This document shows positions 38,402 through 47,691 of a DNA stretch of 64,000 nucleotides, piece by piece (position 1 is the stretch's first letter; each line of letters starts with the position of its first letter). The DNA lies in NCBI GenBank assembly GCA_023264995.1, contig JAHFUR010000014.1:32453-96452 (forward strand). Reading direction: 5' to 3'. The notes under the pieces are model-generated. The model did not search any database. It had not been told where the DNA came from and was given only the letters and a program-made list of their open reading frames with translations. The position numbers were made by a program, and so were the translations under genes. This stretch comes from Acidimicrobiia bacterium (GTDB taxonomy: Bacteria; Actinomycetota; Acidimicrobiia; Acidimicrobiales; AC-14).

Positions 38402-40429
38402 GTGGCTTCGACCCGGATCGCTGACCACCTTGGTCGCGTTCTCGGCGACCGGTACCGGCTTCTCGCGCCCATCGGCACGGGCGCGTCGGCGCACGTGTTC
38501 CTGGCCGACGATGTCCGCCTCCGCCGGCGGGTGGCGGTCAAGATCCTGCACCCGGCCCTGGCCGACGACGAGGCGTTCCTCCGCCGGTTCCGGGCCGAGG
38601 CCCGGGCCGCCGCCGCCCTGAACCACCCCCATGTCATGGCCGTCTTCGACTGGGGCGAGGAAGCCGACGGGCCGTACCTGGTGTCGGAGTACCTGGGCGG
38701 GGGCAGCCTGCGGGCCGTGCTCGACCGGGGCCGGCTGCTCAGCCCGTCGCAGGCCCTCATGGTCGGCCTGGAAGCCGGCAAGGCCCTGGCCTACGCCCAC
38801 GGGCGGGGCCTGGTCCACCGCGACATCAAGCCGGCCAACCTGCTCTTCGACGAGGAGGGCCGGCTGCGCATCGCCGACTTCGGGCTGGCCCGGGCCCTGG
38901 CCGAGGCGGCCTGGACCGAGCCGGTGGGCGCCGTGCTCGGCACGGCCCGGTACGCGTCGCCCGAGCAGGTCAAGGGCGTGCCGGTCGACGGCAAGGCCGA
39001 CGTGTACTCGCTGGCCATCGTCCTGGTCGAGGCGGTGACGGGCCGGGTCCCGTTCGCGGCCGAGTCGACGGTGGCCACCCTCGTCGGCCGGCTCGACACG
39101 CCGCTGGAGGCCCCGCCCGAGCTCGGCCCGCTCGGCCCGGTGGTCGCCCGCGCCGGGCGCCCCGACCCCAGGGAGCGCCTCGACGCCATGGCCTTCGCCG
39201 CCGCCCTCCAGGCCGTGGCCCGGGAGCTGCCGGCGCCGCAGCCGCTGGACCTGGCCGGCCCGGCCACCTTCGACATGAACCACCTGGCCGCCATCGAGGG
39301 CGACCCCACCGACCTGGGCTCGCCGCCGGCGTCGCCGAGGGCCGACGCCACGGTGGCCGACCTGCCCGTCCCGGTGCCGGCGGCCGCCGACACCACCCGG
39401 GTGACGGTCGCCCCGAGCGCCGACCCGGCCCCGACCGGCGTCATCGCCCGCCCCGAGCGCGCCGCCAAGCCCAAGCGGCGGTCGGAGCCGGCCGAGGTCA
39501 CCGCCGTCCTCACCTCGCGAAAGGGCCGGCGCCGGCGGCGCTGGCCGTGGGTCGTCCTGCTCGTCATGGCCCTACTGGGTGCCGGCGGTGCCGGCGCCGC
39601 CTTCCTGGTCGGGAACGAGACGCCCACCTACCCGCTGCCCGACGTGACCCAGCGGGCCCGGGCCGACGCCGAGGGGGCGCTGAAGGCGGCCCGCTTCATC
39701 GCCGTCGTCGACGAGCAGTACGTCGACGCCACCACCGCCGGCACCGTCGTCAGCCAGAGCCCCAAGGCCGGCACCAAGGCCGACGGCAAGCCGGTGGCCC
39801 TCAAGGAGGGGGCGTCGGTGCGGCTGGTCGTGTCCAAGGGCCCGCCGCCGACGCCCGTCCCCGACCTGAGCGAGCTCACCGAGGCCAAGGCCCGGGCCGA
39901 GATCGACAAGGTCGGCCACGTGGTGGGTGACGTCGACAAGCCCTACGACGAGACCGTCCTGGCCGGCATCGTCATCGACTGGAGCCCCAAGGGCACGTCG
40001 CCGCCCAAGGGGGCCCGGGTCAACCTCAAGGTTTCGGCCGGGCCGGCGCCCCGCACCGTGCCCACGCTGGCCGGGCGGACCTACGACTCGGCCGTCGCCG
40101 CCCTCGAGGCCATCGGGCTCAAGGCGGCCCGGGCGCCCGACCAGTACAACGACGACGACTCCACGTCGGGCAAGGTGATCGGGGCGTCGCCCACTCAGGG
40201 CTCCACGGCCAAGCGGGGCGACATCGTCACCCTCACGGTGTCGGCCGGTCGGCCCGAGGTGCCGTCGCTCAACGGCCTCACCGTGGCCGAGGCCCAGGCC
40301 AAGCTGGCCACCGTGGGCCTGGTCCTCGACTCCAAGTTCGGCCCGAGCGGAGGCAAGGTCTTCCTGTCCACGCCCACCGCCGGGTCCAAGGTGAAGCCGG
40401 GCAGCTCGGTCGACGTCTTCATCTTGTGA
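38402..40429 (+). CDS. pknB: Transmembrane Ser/Thr protein kinase with four PASTA repeats
   Basis: GTGASAHVFLA..VAVKIL, HRDIKPANLL, DFGLAR, ARYASPEQ. One TM (WPWVVLLVMALLGAGGAGAAFLV), then 4 x ~65-aa PASTA units each ending ..V.L.VS.G. Confidence 0.9.
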   Translation: MASTRIADHLGRVLGDRYRLLAPIGTGASAHVFLADDVRLRRRVAVKILHPALADDEAFLRRFRAEARAAAALNHPHVMAVFDWGEEADGPYLVSEYLGGGSLRAVLDRGRLLSPSQALMVGLEAGKALAYAHGRGLVHRDIKPANLLFDEEGRLRIADFGLARALAEAAWTEPVGAVLGTARYASPEQVKGVPVDGKADVYSLAIVLVEAVTGRVPFAAESTVATLVGRLDTPLEAPPELGPLGPVVARAGRPDPRERLDAMAFAAALQAVARELPAPQPLDLAGPATFDMNHLAAIEGDPTDLGSPPASPRADATVADLPVPVPAAADTTRVTVAPSADPAPTGVIARPERAAKPKRRSEPAEVTAVLTSRKGRRRRRWPWVVLLVMALLGAGGAGAAFLVGNETPTYPLPDVTQRARADAEGALKAARFIAVVDEQYVDATTAGTVVSQSPKAGTKADGKPVALKEGASVRLVVSKGPPPTPVPDLSELTEAKARAEIDKVGHVVGDVDKPYDETVLAGIVIDWSPKGTSPPKGARVNLKVSAGPAPRTVPTLAGRTYDSAVAALEAIGLKAARAPDQYNDDDSTSGKVIGASPTQGSTAKRGDIVTLTVSAGRPEVPSLNGLTVAEAQAKLATVGLVLDSKFGPSGGKVFLSTPTAGSKVKPGSSVDVFIL

Positions 40430-41271
40430 CGCTCGACGGCCGGGTGGCCGTCGTCACCGGGGCGGCCCGGGGGCTGGGGCGGGAGCACGCGCTGCTGCTG
40501 GCCGCCGAGGGCGCGCACGTGGTGGTGAACGACATCGACGCCGAGCCGGCCCAGGTGGTGGTCGACGAGATCGTGGCCGCCGGCGGCCAGGCGGTGGCCG
40601 CGCCCGGCGACGTGGCCACGTGGGAGACGGGCGAGGCGCTCATCGCCTACGCGGTCGAGACCTTCGGCGACCTTCACGTGCTGGTGAACAACGCCGGCAC
40701 CACGGCCGACCGGTTCCTGGCCACCATGGCGGAGGACGAGTGGGACAGCGTGGTCCGCACCCACCTGAAGGGCCACTTCGTGCCCACCCGGTGGGCCGCG
40801 GCCTGGTGGCGCCACCAGGCCAAGGCGGGGGAGCCGGTGGCGGCATCGGTGGTGTGCACCACCTCCACGTCGGGGCTGGCCGCCAACCCCGGCCAGTCGA
40901 ACTACGGCGCGGCCAAGGCCGGCGTGGCCGGGTTCATGGTGACGGCGGCGGCCGAGCTGGCTCGCTACGGCGTGCGGGTCAATGCCGTCGCCCCCCTGGC
41001 CCGGACCCGGCTCACCGAGGCCGTGCCCGAGCTGGCCCGGCGCTTGGCCCCCCCGGCCGAGCCGGGCGCCTTCGACGCCTGGCACCCGGCCAACGTGTCG
41101 CCCCTGGTGGCCTGGCTGGCGTCGGCGGCATGCGCGGTCACCGGGCGGGTGTTCCTGGCTCACGGCGGCACGGTGGAGCTGTACCGGCCGTGGGCGGTGG
41201 AGGCCGGCGTGGAGAAGGCCGGCCGCTGGTCGGCGGCCGAGCTGGGAGAGGAGCTCGCCGCCCTGACCTGA
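40426..41271 (+). CDS. Short-chain dehydrogenase/reductase (MaoC-partner/FabG-like)
   Basis: VAVVTGAARGLGRE, LVNNAG, and catalytic ..STSG...NPGQSNYGAAKAG... GTGA overlap with pknB. Confidence 0.85.
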   Translation: MTLDGRVAVVTGAARGLGREHALLLAAEGAHVVVNDIDAEPAQVVVDEIVAAGGQAVAAPGDVATWETGEALIAYAVETFGDLHVLVNNAGTTADRFLATMAEDEWDSVVRTHLKGHFVPTRWAAAWWRHQAKAGEPVAASVVCTTSTSGLAANPGQSNYGAAKAGVAGFMVTAAAELARYGVRVNAVAPLARTRLTEAVPELARRLAPPAEPGAFDAWHPANVSPLVAWLASAACAVTGRVFLAHGGTVELYRPWAVEAGVEKAGRWSAAELGEELAALT

Positions 41272-41288
41272 TGGCAGCGCTCGCCGAC

Positions 41289-41726
41289 CTACTCGGTGAT
41301 CTCGCGGATGCGGGCCTGGGCCTGGTCGACGGCACCCGGGTCGGACGGGGCCAGCTGCTGGAGGGCGGAGATGAGCTTGGCCATGTCGCCCTGGACCCGC
41401 ACCTTCCCGTCCATGAACGCCCGCATCCCCGCTTCGAGGGTGCCGTCGACGAAGATGGCCTTGGCCGTGGCGTAGTCGAGGGTGACGGTGACGTCGGGCT
41501 GGTCGAGGTGGCCGATCTCCATCTCCAACGTGCCCGACGACGTGTCGAGATGGGCGTCGAGCCGGCCGTCGCCGAAGGGGACGTCGGTGATGACCTGGTT
41601 CATCCGCACCGAGGCGGGGGCGACGGTGACGGGCGCCTCACCACCGGGGTCGGGGGCGGCGATCTCGGCGCGTATGGTCCGAGCCGCGGCGATCCACTCG
41701 TCGGACAGGAACGGGTAGGTAGGCAC
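41289..41726 (-). CDS. SCP2 sterol-carrier-like domain protein
   Basis: ...DVTVTLDYATAKAIFVDGTLEAGMRAFMDGKVRVQGDMAKL... is a typical SCP2 C-terminal helix pattern. Confidence 0.7.
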   Translation of the reverse strand: MPTYPFLSDEWIAAARTIRAEIAAPDPGGEAPVTVAPASVRMNQVITDVPFGDGRLDAHLDTSSGTLEMEIGHLDQPDVTVTLDYATAKAIFVDGTLEAGMRAFMDGKVRVQGDMAKLISALQQLAPSDPGAVDQAQARIREITE

Positions 41727-41758
41727 GGGCTGACGCTACCGGGTGGGCGCGCCGTAGA

Positions 41759-42034
41759 ATGAGCAGCGTGAAGCCCGTCGGCGACCAGTGCGACGTCTGC
41801 GGCCGCGACGTGCCGGCCGACGACATGGTCAAGACCGAGCTGACCGTCGCCGGCGCCATGTGCCCCACGGCCATGACGTTCCACACGGCGTGTTACGACC
41901 AGGCGTCGGCCATGTGGCAGCCCGACCCCGAGTCCTACTGCACCGTGGACCCGCTGTTCCCCGAGACGGGCCAGTGGGTGCTCCCCGAGGAGGCCCGGCC
42001 CGCGGGCTGGGCCCCGACCGGGGCGCCCGGCTGA
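41759..42034 (+). CDS. Small Cys-containing hypothetical protein (possibly leaderless from GTG 41768)
   Basis: High GC3 throughout; ..DQCDVCGRDV..MCPT..FHTACYD... TAGAAT at 41755-60 sits 7 nt before GTG 41768. Confidence 0.45.
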   Translation: MSSVKPVGDQCDVCGRDVPADDMVKTELTVAGAMCPTAMTFHTACYDQASAMWQPDPESYCTVDPLFPETGQWVLPEEARPAGWAPTGAPG

Positions 42035-42528
42035 TCGTCCGCGACCAGGCCGACCCGCTCTTCGGGTGGCGGTACTGGCAGCTCTCGCCCCGCCGGCTCC
42101 TGCGGTCCGTCACCCAGCGGGAGTTCGAGTGGCCGCCCGGCCGCGTGCTCAAGGCCCTCTGCGTGGAGGTCGGCCACCCGGCCCCGGCTGAGCGCTGCAA
42201 CTGCGGGCTCTACGCCAACCCTGACCTCGACGCCCTGCGCCAGCACGGCCTGTGCCTGGCCCCCGACGTGATCGTGCTCGGCCAGGTCGCCCTGTGGGGC
42301 AAGGTGGTCGACGACGAGCCCAACTACCGGGCCGAGTTCGCCTACCCGGCCCGCTTGTCGCTCGTGGTCGACAGCCTCATTGACGACACGCCGGCGGAGA
42401 CGCTGCTCGAGGGCCTTTCCGCCTACCGGGTGCCGGTGGGCACCACCACGCTCGACGAGGCGGTGGCGGGAATGTCGGCGGACATGCTGAAGTTCCAGGC
42501 CATGTCCCGGCGGACCAGCGGGGGGTGA
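41974..42528 (+). CDS. Hypothetical protein with CxCGxYA motif (start unresolved)
   Basis: ..FGWRYWQLS...ALCVEVGHPAPAERCNCGLYAN...VLGQVALWGKVVDDEPNYRAEFAYP... has good codon bias from ~42031. No ATG/GTG/TTG lies between the upstream stop (42034) and GTG 42145. GTG 41974 is the nearest upstream start, with a 61-nt overlap. Confidence 0.4.
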   Translation: MGAPRGGPARGLGPDRGARLIVRDQADPLFGWRYWQLSPRRLLRSVTQREFEWPPGRVLKALCVEVGHPAPAERCNCGLYANPDLDALRQHGLCLAPDVIVLGQVALWGKVVDDEPNYRAEFAYPARLSLVVDSLIDDTPAETLLEGLSAYRVPVGTTTLDEAVAGMSADMLKFQAMSRRTSGG

Positions 42529-43232
42529 TCGGCGCCGTCGTCCTCCACGGCCTGACCGGCTCGACGCAGTCGGTGGCCGGCCTCGCCGGGGCGCTGGCGG
42601 CCGCCGGCTTCGAGGTGGAGGCGCCCATGCTGCCCGGCCACGGCACGTCGCCCGAGGACCTGGCCCGCCACGGGTGGGCCGACTGGGTGGCGGCGGCTGA
42701 GGCGTCGTACGCGCTGGTGGCGGCCCGCTGTGACCGGGTGGTGGCCGTCGGCCTGTCGATGGGCGGGGCCCTGGCCGCCGGCATCGCCGCCGCCCACCCC
42801 GAGGTGGCCGGGCTGGCCGTCGTGAACCCGCTGGTCGACCCGCCGGCGCCGGCGTTCCGCTCGGCGCTGGAGGGGTTCCTCGCCGCCGGCGAGCCGTTCC
42901 TCCCCGGCGTGGGCAGCGACATCGCCGACCCCGACGCCCGGGAGGTGGCCTACGACCGCCTGCCCATTGCCGCCCTGCTGTCCATGAGCCTGGGCCTCGA
43001 GGACCTGTTGCCCCGCCTGGCCGGCGTCCGCTGCCCGGTCCTGGTCCTCAGCAGCCGCCACGACCACGTCGTCCCGTCGGTGTCGGGCGACGTGCTGGCC
43101 GACGCGGTGACGGGGCCGGTGGAGCGGGTGTGGCTCGAACGCAGCTTCCACGTCGCCACCCTCGACCTGGACCGCGACGAGCTGGAGCGCCGGGTGGTGG
43201 AGTTCGCCACCCGCACGACCTCCAACTGGTGA
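42525..43232 (+). CDS. Alpha/beta hydrolase (carboxylesterase/monoacylglycerol-lipase-like)
   Basis: VVLHGLTGS, MLPGHGTSPEDL, nucleophile elbow GLSMGG, ..SSRHDHVV.. and ..SFHVATLD. GTGA overlap with the previous gene. Confidence 0.8.
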   Translation: MIGAVVLHGLTGSTQSVAGLAGALAAAGFEVEAPMLPGHGTSPEDLARHGWADWVAAAEASYALVAARCDRVVAVGLSMGGALAAGIAAAHPEVAGLAVVNPLVDPPAPAFRSALEGFLAAGEPFLPGVGSDIADPDAREVAYDRLPIAALLSMSLGLEDLLPRLAGVRCPVLVLSSRHDHVVPSVSGDVLADAVTGPVERVWLERSFHVATLDLDRDELERRVVEFATRTTSNW

Positions 43233-43271
43233 CGGTTCAACACGTCGGGGCGTGCCCGATCGTCACCGGTT
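43224..43271. repeat. Palindromic element between convergent genes (same family as 24366-24413)
   Basis: AACTGGTGACGG (43224-35, containing the esterase TGA) with CGTCACCGGTT (43261-71), and an inner CACG..CGTG stem. Confidence 0.5.
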
Positions 43272-44740
43272 CAGAGTTGGATGGCGCCTCGGAAGGCCAG
43301 GAACAGGCCGCCGGCCACGATGCACACCGCGGTGAGCACGGGCAGGGCGCCGGCCAGTGAGGCCAGGCGGCCGGGGCCGGCGCCGGAGGTGGCTATGCGC
43401 CGCTCGATGGCACCGCGGGCCCGGACGAGGACCAGGCCGGCGCCGGTGAGGGTGACCGCCATGCCCAGGCCGTAGGCGATCACCAGGGCGACCCCGAACC
43501 AGGCCCGGCCCAGGGCGATGGCGCCGAGCAGCACGACGATGGCCGACGGGCTGGGCACCAGACCGCCGGCCAGGCCCAGGGGGACGAGCGAGCGCCACTC
43601 CACCGGCGGGTGCTCGTGGTCGTGGTCGTGGTCGCCGTGATCGTGGTGGTGGCCGTGCTCGTGGGGGTGGGAGTGGCCGCCGCCGGCGCCGACCAGCAAC
43701 GGACGGCGGCGGACGGCCCGCCACAGCAGGCTGGCGCCGATGCTGGCCAGCATGAGGCCGCTGGCCAGCCCGAGCCACGGGTAGAGGGTCTCGGGAGCCA
43801 GGCTGGTGGATGCGGAGAGGACGATGCCCAGGAGCAGGACGCCGGCGGTGTGGGTGGCGGTGACGGTGAGGCCGATCACCGCGGCCTGGCGGAGCGAGCC
43901 CCGCTGGCCGACCAGGTAGGCGGCCATCACCGTCTTGCCGTGGCCGGGCGAGAAGGCGTGGACGGCGCCTAGGGCGACGGCCAGGGCCAGCGCCAGCAGG
44001 CCGAAGCCCAGGGTCAACTGCTGGCGGGCGACCAGGCTGGTGAACCTCTGGGTGGCGGCGTCGAGCCCCCGGGCCTGGGAGGCGGGTGCTGCGCTGACGC
44101 CGGGGATGGCGGCCGCCGGCGGGCCACCGGCCCGGGCCCGCACCGTGGCCGAGCGCTGGTCGAGGGGGGAGGACAGGAGGTTGTCGGGGTAGGCGGTGAG
44201 CCGGGCGCTGGCGCTGGTGGCCGGCACGGTGGCGGCCACGAGGGTGGTGCGGTCGCCGACAGCGGTGATCTCCCGCCAGCCCACCCGGTCGGTGAAGGCG
44301 GTGCTGGCCAGCTCGATCTCCCGCTCGCCCCGCGGCTCGCCCGTGTCGGCGACGAGCTCGCAGGTCAGGCGGAGCGTGGGCAGCCCGGCGGCGCCGGGCG
44401 GGAAGGTGACGCCGGCGGCGGTCGACCGCAGCGGTGCCCGCCGGCCGTCGACGGACACGTCGACCTTCTGGGCCAGGTCCGGGCAGGCCCGTGCCGCGTA
44501 GGAGGAGGCCTCGGCGTCGGACACCTTGGCGTCGCCGTCGGTGTCGATCCCCCGGCGGGCCTGGACGGCCGGGATCTCGGCCATGTCGACGACGAGGTCG
44601 ACGACCACCCGCTCCGGCTGCACCCGCAGGCCGATGGAGGTGTTGACGGTGAAGTTCCCGAGCGGGTGGGCCGACGCAGCGCCGGCGGGGAGCACGACGG
44701 CCAAGGCGGCGACGGCGACCGCGGCGAGCCCGCGCCTCAC
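43271..44740 (-). CDS. NicO/RcnA-like nickel/cobalt-type transporter with large N-terminal extracytoplasmic domain and His-rich loop
   Basis: GTG 44740 overlaps the TPR-gene stop (GTGA). Signal peptide ..LPAGAASA|HPLGNFTVN.., a ~270-aa soluble domain, then TM helices with AFSPGHGKT and ..TATHT.. motifs and the loop GGGHSHPHEHGHHHDHGDHDHDHEHPP. Confidence 0.7.
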   Translation of the reverse strand: MRRGLAAVAVAALAVVLPAGAASAHPLGNFTVNTSIGLRVQPERVVVDLVVDMAEIPAVQARRGIDTDGDAKVSDAEASSYAARACPDLAQKVDVSVDGRRAPLRSTAAGVTFPPGAAGLPTLRLTCELVADTGEPRGEREIELASTAFTDRVGWREITAVGDRTTLVAATVPATSASARLTAYPDNLLSSPLDQRSATVRARAGGPPAAAIPGVSAAPASQARGLDAATQRFTSLVARQQLTLGFGLLALALAVALGAVHAFSPGHGKTVMAAYLVGQRGSLRQAAVIGLTVTATHTAGVLLLGIVLSASTSLAPETLYPWLGLASGLMLASIGASLLWRAVRRRPLLVGAGGGHSHPHEHGHHHDHGDHDHDHEHPPVEWRSLVPLGLAGGLVPSPSAIVVLLGAIALGRAWFGVALVIAYGLGMAVTLTGAGLVLVRARGAIERRIATSGAGPGRLASLAGALPVLTAVCIVAGGLFLAFRGAIQL

Positions 44741-46089
44741 GGGGACAGCCCGAGGCGGGCGGCCAGGTCGCGGGCGGCCGGGCGGTCGCGCAGGGTGAGG
44801 TACGGGTTGATGGCGAAGGCGCGCGCCAGGTGGGCGCGGGCGTCGTCGAGGCGGCCGGCGTCGGACTCGGTGGCGGCCAGGTGGTACCAGAGCAGGGCGT
44901 CGGCGGTGCCGAGGCGGACGGCGGCCTGGGCGTGGGGGAGGGCCTCGCCCGGCCGGCCGGCCTGGCGCAGGGCCCAACCCAGCGTGTCCTCGGCGAACAC
45001 CGTCGGCCGGGCGGCGAGGGCGGCCTGGGCCAGGGCCACGGCGACGGCGGGGTCGGCCCCGGGGTCGCGGGCGTGGTCGGCCTCGAAGCGGGCCAGTTCC
45101 AAGTCCACGGCCACCCCGTTGGCCTGGTTCAGCGCCTCGACCGACCGGACCAGGTCGTACTGGGCGCCGGCGTCGGCGGGGCGCCCGAGGGCGGCGTGGA
45201 CGTCACCGAGCAGGGCCAGCCACGCCGGCTGGGGCAGCCGGGCGGTGACGGCGTCGAGGCGTACGGCGGCGCCCGCCAGGTCGCCCCGGGCCACGGCCAC
45301 CCGGGCCAGGCCCACCTCGGCGGCCGGCGCGTCGGCGGTGTCGAGCGCCCGCCGGTAGGCCCCTTCGGCCTCGGGGAGGGCGCCGGCGCCCAGGTGGAGG
45401 TCGCCGAGGAGGGTTTCGACGTAGGCCACGTCGGAGGCCCCGGAGCCGGCGCCGGCGATGGCGGCCTGGGTCATGGCCGTGATGGCGCCGGGGATGTCGC
45501 CGTGGATCTCGCGGAGGTAGGAAGCGCGCGACAGGCTGGCCAGCGAGGGCCGGCGGTCGAGCATCTCCTGGGCCGCGTCGGCGGCGTCGGCGTAGCGGCC
45601 GAGCTCGACGTCGGCGTCGACCACCACGCCCAGGGGCTGCGGTGAGGCCGGGTCGAGCTGGTGGGCCCGGCGACCGAGGTCGAGGGCGGCGGAGAAGTCG
45701 TGGCGGCCGAGGGCGAGCAGGCCCAGGCCGGTGAGGGTGTCGGTGCGGTCGGGGGCCAGCGTGTCGCTGCGCCCGAGGGCCTGGGCCGCCTTGGTGAAGT
45801 ACGACGGGTCGGCCGTCTCCCGGGCCCGGACCAGGTAGGCCTCGCCGAGGCGGGCCAGCAACGCCGGGTCGTCGGGGGTGACGCCGAGGCGGGCCTGGAG
45901 GTCGGCGACAGCCGCCGAGGCCCCCGGCGCGGTCCGGGGGGTGGGGACAGGGGGCGACGGGCTGCCGCCCCCGACCAGCGCGAACCGGCCGAGGGCGGCG
46001 CCCATCACCGCGGCCACGGCGAGGGTGGGGAGGGCCCACCCTCGCCGTGGCGCAACCGACCGGGGCGCGGTCAGGGGGTGAACGTGCAC
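44737..46089 (-). CDS. Membrane-anchored tetratricopeptide-repeat protein
   Basis: N-terminal TM (WALPTLAVAAVMGAALGRFALV), then ~10 Ala/Leu-rich TPR-like helical pairs (..LGEAYLVRA.., ..LGDLHLGAG.., ..LGDVHAALGR..). Confidence 0.7.
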   Translation of the reverse strand: MHVHPLTAPRSVAPRRGWALPTLAVAAVMGAALGRFALVGGGSPSPPVPTPRTAPGASAAVADLQARLGVTPDDPALLARLGEAYLVRARETADPSYFTKAAQALGRSDTLAPDRTDTLTGLGLLALGRHDFSAALDLGRRAHQLDPASPQPLGVVVDADVELGRYADAADAAQEMLDRRPSLASLSRASYLREIHGDIPGAITAMTQAAIAGAGSGASDVAYVETLLGDLHLGAGALPEAEGAYRRALDTADAPAAEVGLARVAVARGDLAGAAVRLDAVTARLPQPAWLALLGDVHAALGRPADAGAQYDLVRSVEALNQANGVAVDLELARFEADHARDPGADPAVAVALAQAALAARPTVFAEDTLGWALRQAGRPGEALPHAQAAVRLGTADALLWYHLAATESDAGRLDDARAHLARAFAINPYLTLRDRPAARDLAARLGLSP

Positions 46090-47660
46090 CCGGGCGGAAG
46101 GTTGGGGATGTACGGGGCGTACTTCTTGTCGATGACGCAGCCCGGGATGGGCGCCACAGTCGTCGGCGTCGGGGCCATCGTGGTCGTGGTCGTCGAGCCT
46201 GGCGGCGCGGTGGTGGTGGTCACGACCGGCCCGGGGGCCTGCGGGCTGGTGGAACCCAGCTTCCCGTGGACGTTCTCGTAGCCCTGGTGCGGCGTGGCCA
46301 CGTAGGGGAAGACGCCCAGGAAGGGCTTGTCGTTGGTGTTGACGCCATCGCCCAGGGAGTTGTTGGGCACCCGGTTGAACGGGGGCGTGAACGGCGTGGC
46401 CCCGGCGAGGGCCCGCAGCTCGATGTCGACGACGTCGTCACCGAGGCGCCGGCCGTTCGGGAAGCCCTGGTTGTCGCCGGCCAGCACGCCCATGGGATCG
46501 GGAGAGCCGGTGACCGGGATGGCGGTGTTCAGCCGGATCATCTCCGACGGCTTGCCGCCGGCGACCTGGTTGAGGCCGGGGATGCCGGTGAGGAAGATGG
46601 CCACCAGGTCGCCACGGGGTGCCGGCGGCACGGTCACGCCCGGGAAGAGGCCGGGGATGAGGCGGGCCGGCTCCGGGTCCTGGACCAGCCCGAGGAACTG
46701 GGCGTCGTCACGGGGCTCGGAGGCGTTGAACTTGTCCTTCTGGCCCAGGGGGATGACCACCTCGTTCACGAGGGGCATGCCCAGGCGGGACACGTTCACA
46801 TAGCTGCCCGACCCGACGGGCGCCGAGCCGGGACCGGTGGGCGACAGGACCCGCGTCTTCTGGCGCTTGGTCTGGGAGTAGACCCCGATGATCGGGTTCC
46901 CCCCGGCGGTGATGTCGGCGATGGGCACCTGGATGGCGATGGAGTGGACGTTGTACCCGCCCAGCCCGTCGACGCCTGCGGCGGCCGGGAGCGGGAGGAC
47001 GTGGGCCCCGTTGAAGGGGCGCAGCCCGAGCAGGTCGAACGCCGAGCCGAGGTCGACGAAGAAGGGGTCGTCGCGCTGGCCGGCGAAGGTCTTCACGCCA
47101 CCGGGTAGGGATTGGACGGCCTGGGCCGCCACCGCCTCGTAGTTCGGCGTGGAGCGGGGCCCGATGTTGTTCGGGGGCACCGGCAGGTGGCTGCCGATGG
47201 TGGTCCGGGTGCCGTTGCGCACGACCGACAGGTCGTAGAACTGGCGCTGGTTGAAGTCGGGGTCGTCGATGCTCGTGATCGGCCCGGTGTTGTAGAGGAA
47301 CGTGTTGGGGTTCTGGACCTCGGTGGTGAAGCGCCACTCGTAGGTGATGTCGGGCTCGGCATCACCGTTGTTGTCGACGTTGATCTGGTAGAGCACGTCG
47401 TCGCCGAAGTTGAAGAAGTTCGGCCCGCCGGCCGGCTCCTCGAAGGGGATCCAGTTGGCGACCAGGGTGACGGTGTCGGGGCGGTCGGGGCTGCGGAAGG
47501 CGTAGACGTCGGTGTTGTCGGCGACGGGGTCCTGGGTGATCAGCGGTGCCTCACGGTGGCTCGATGCACCCGAGGGCACGAGCGACGCCGCCATGATGCC
47601 GACCCCCAGCAGCGCCGGGACCCGCAGCTTCTTCAGGACGGACGTTTTCAGGATGGACAA
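46071..47660 (-). CDS. Secreted DUF4331-family protein
   Basis: TTG start with AGAGGAG Shine-Dalgarno. Signal peptide then SSHREAPLITQDPVADNTDVYAFRSPDRPDTVTLVANWIPFEEPAGGPNFF.F.DDVLY.I.VDN.GD, the family-defining N-terminus. Thr/Pro-rich C-terminal tail. Confidence 0.8.
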   Translation of the reverse strand: MSILKTSVLKKLRVPALLGVGIMAASLVPSGASSHREAPLITQDPVADNTDVYAFRSPDRPDTVTLVANWIPFEEPAGGPNFFNFGDDVLYQINVDNNGDAEPDITYEWRFTTEVQNPNTFLYNTGPITSIDDPDFNQRQFYDLSVVRNGTRTTIGSHLPVPPNNIGPRSTPNYEAVAAQAVQSLPGGVKTFAGQRDDPFFVDLGSAFDLLGLRPFNGAHVLPLPAAAGVDGLGGYNVHSIAIQVPIADITAGGNPIIGVYSQTKRQKTRVLSPTGPGSAPVGSGSYVNVSRLGMPLVNEVVIPLGQKDKFNASEPRDDAQFLGLVQDPEPARLIPGLFPGVTVPPAPRGDLVAIFLTGIPGLNQVAGGKPSEMIRLNTAIPVTGSPDPMGVLAGDNQGFPNGRRLGDDVVDIELRALAGATPFTPPFNRVPNNSLGDGVNTNDKPFLGVFPYVATPHQGYENVHGKLGSTSPQAPGPVVTTTTAPPGSTTTTTMAPTPTTVAPIPGCVIDKKYAPYIPNLPPGCTFTP

Positions 47661-47691
47661 TGGCTCACTCCTCTTGTCGTGTGGGTAGGGC

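Noticed and set aside
43605-43675. Run of GTG/GTC/ATG-type triplets (CAC/GAC on the coding strand)
   Set aside because: It is the coding sequence of the His/Asp-rich cytoplasmic loop of the NicO-like transporter, not a non-coding simple repeat.
46071-46089. 19-nt overlap between the DUF4331 stop and the TPR-gene GTG, considered as a possible frameshift or fusion
   Set aside because: Both proteins have their own N-terminal export or anchor signals. The downstream ATG 46005 would delete the TPR protein's TM helix. A simple overlap is the more economical reading.
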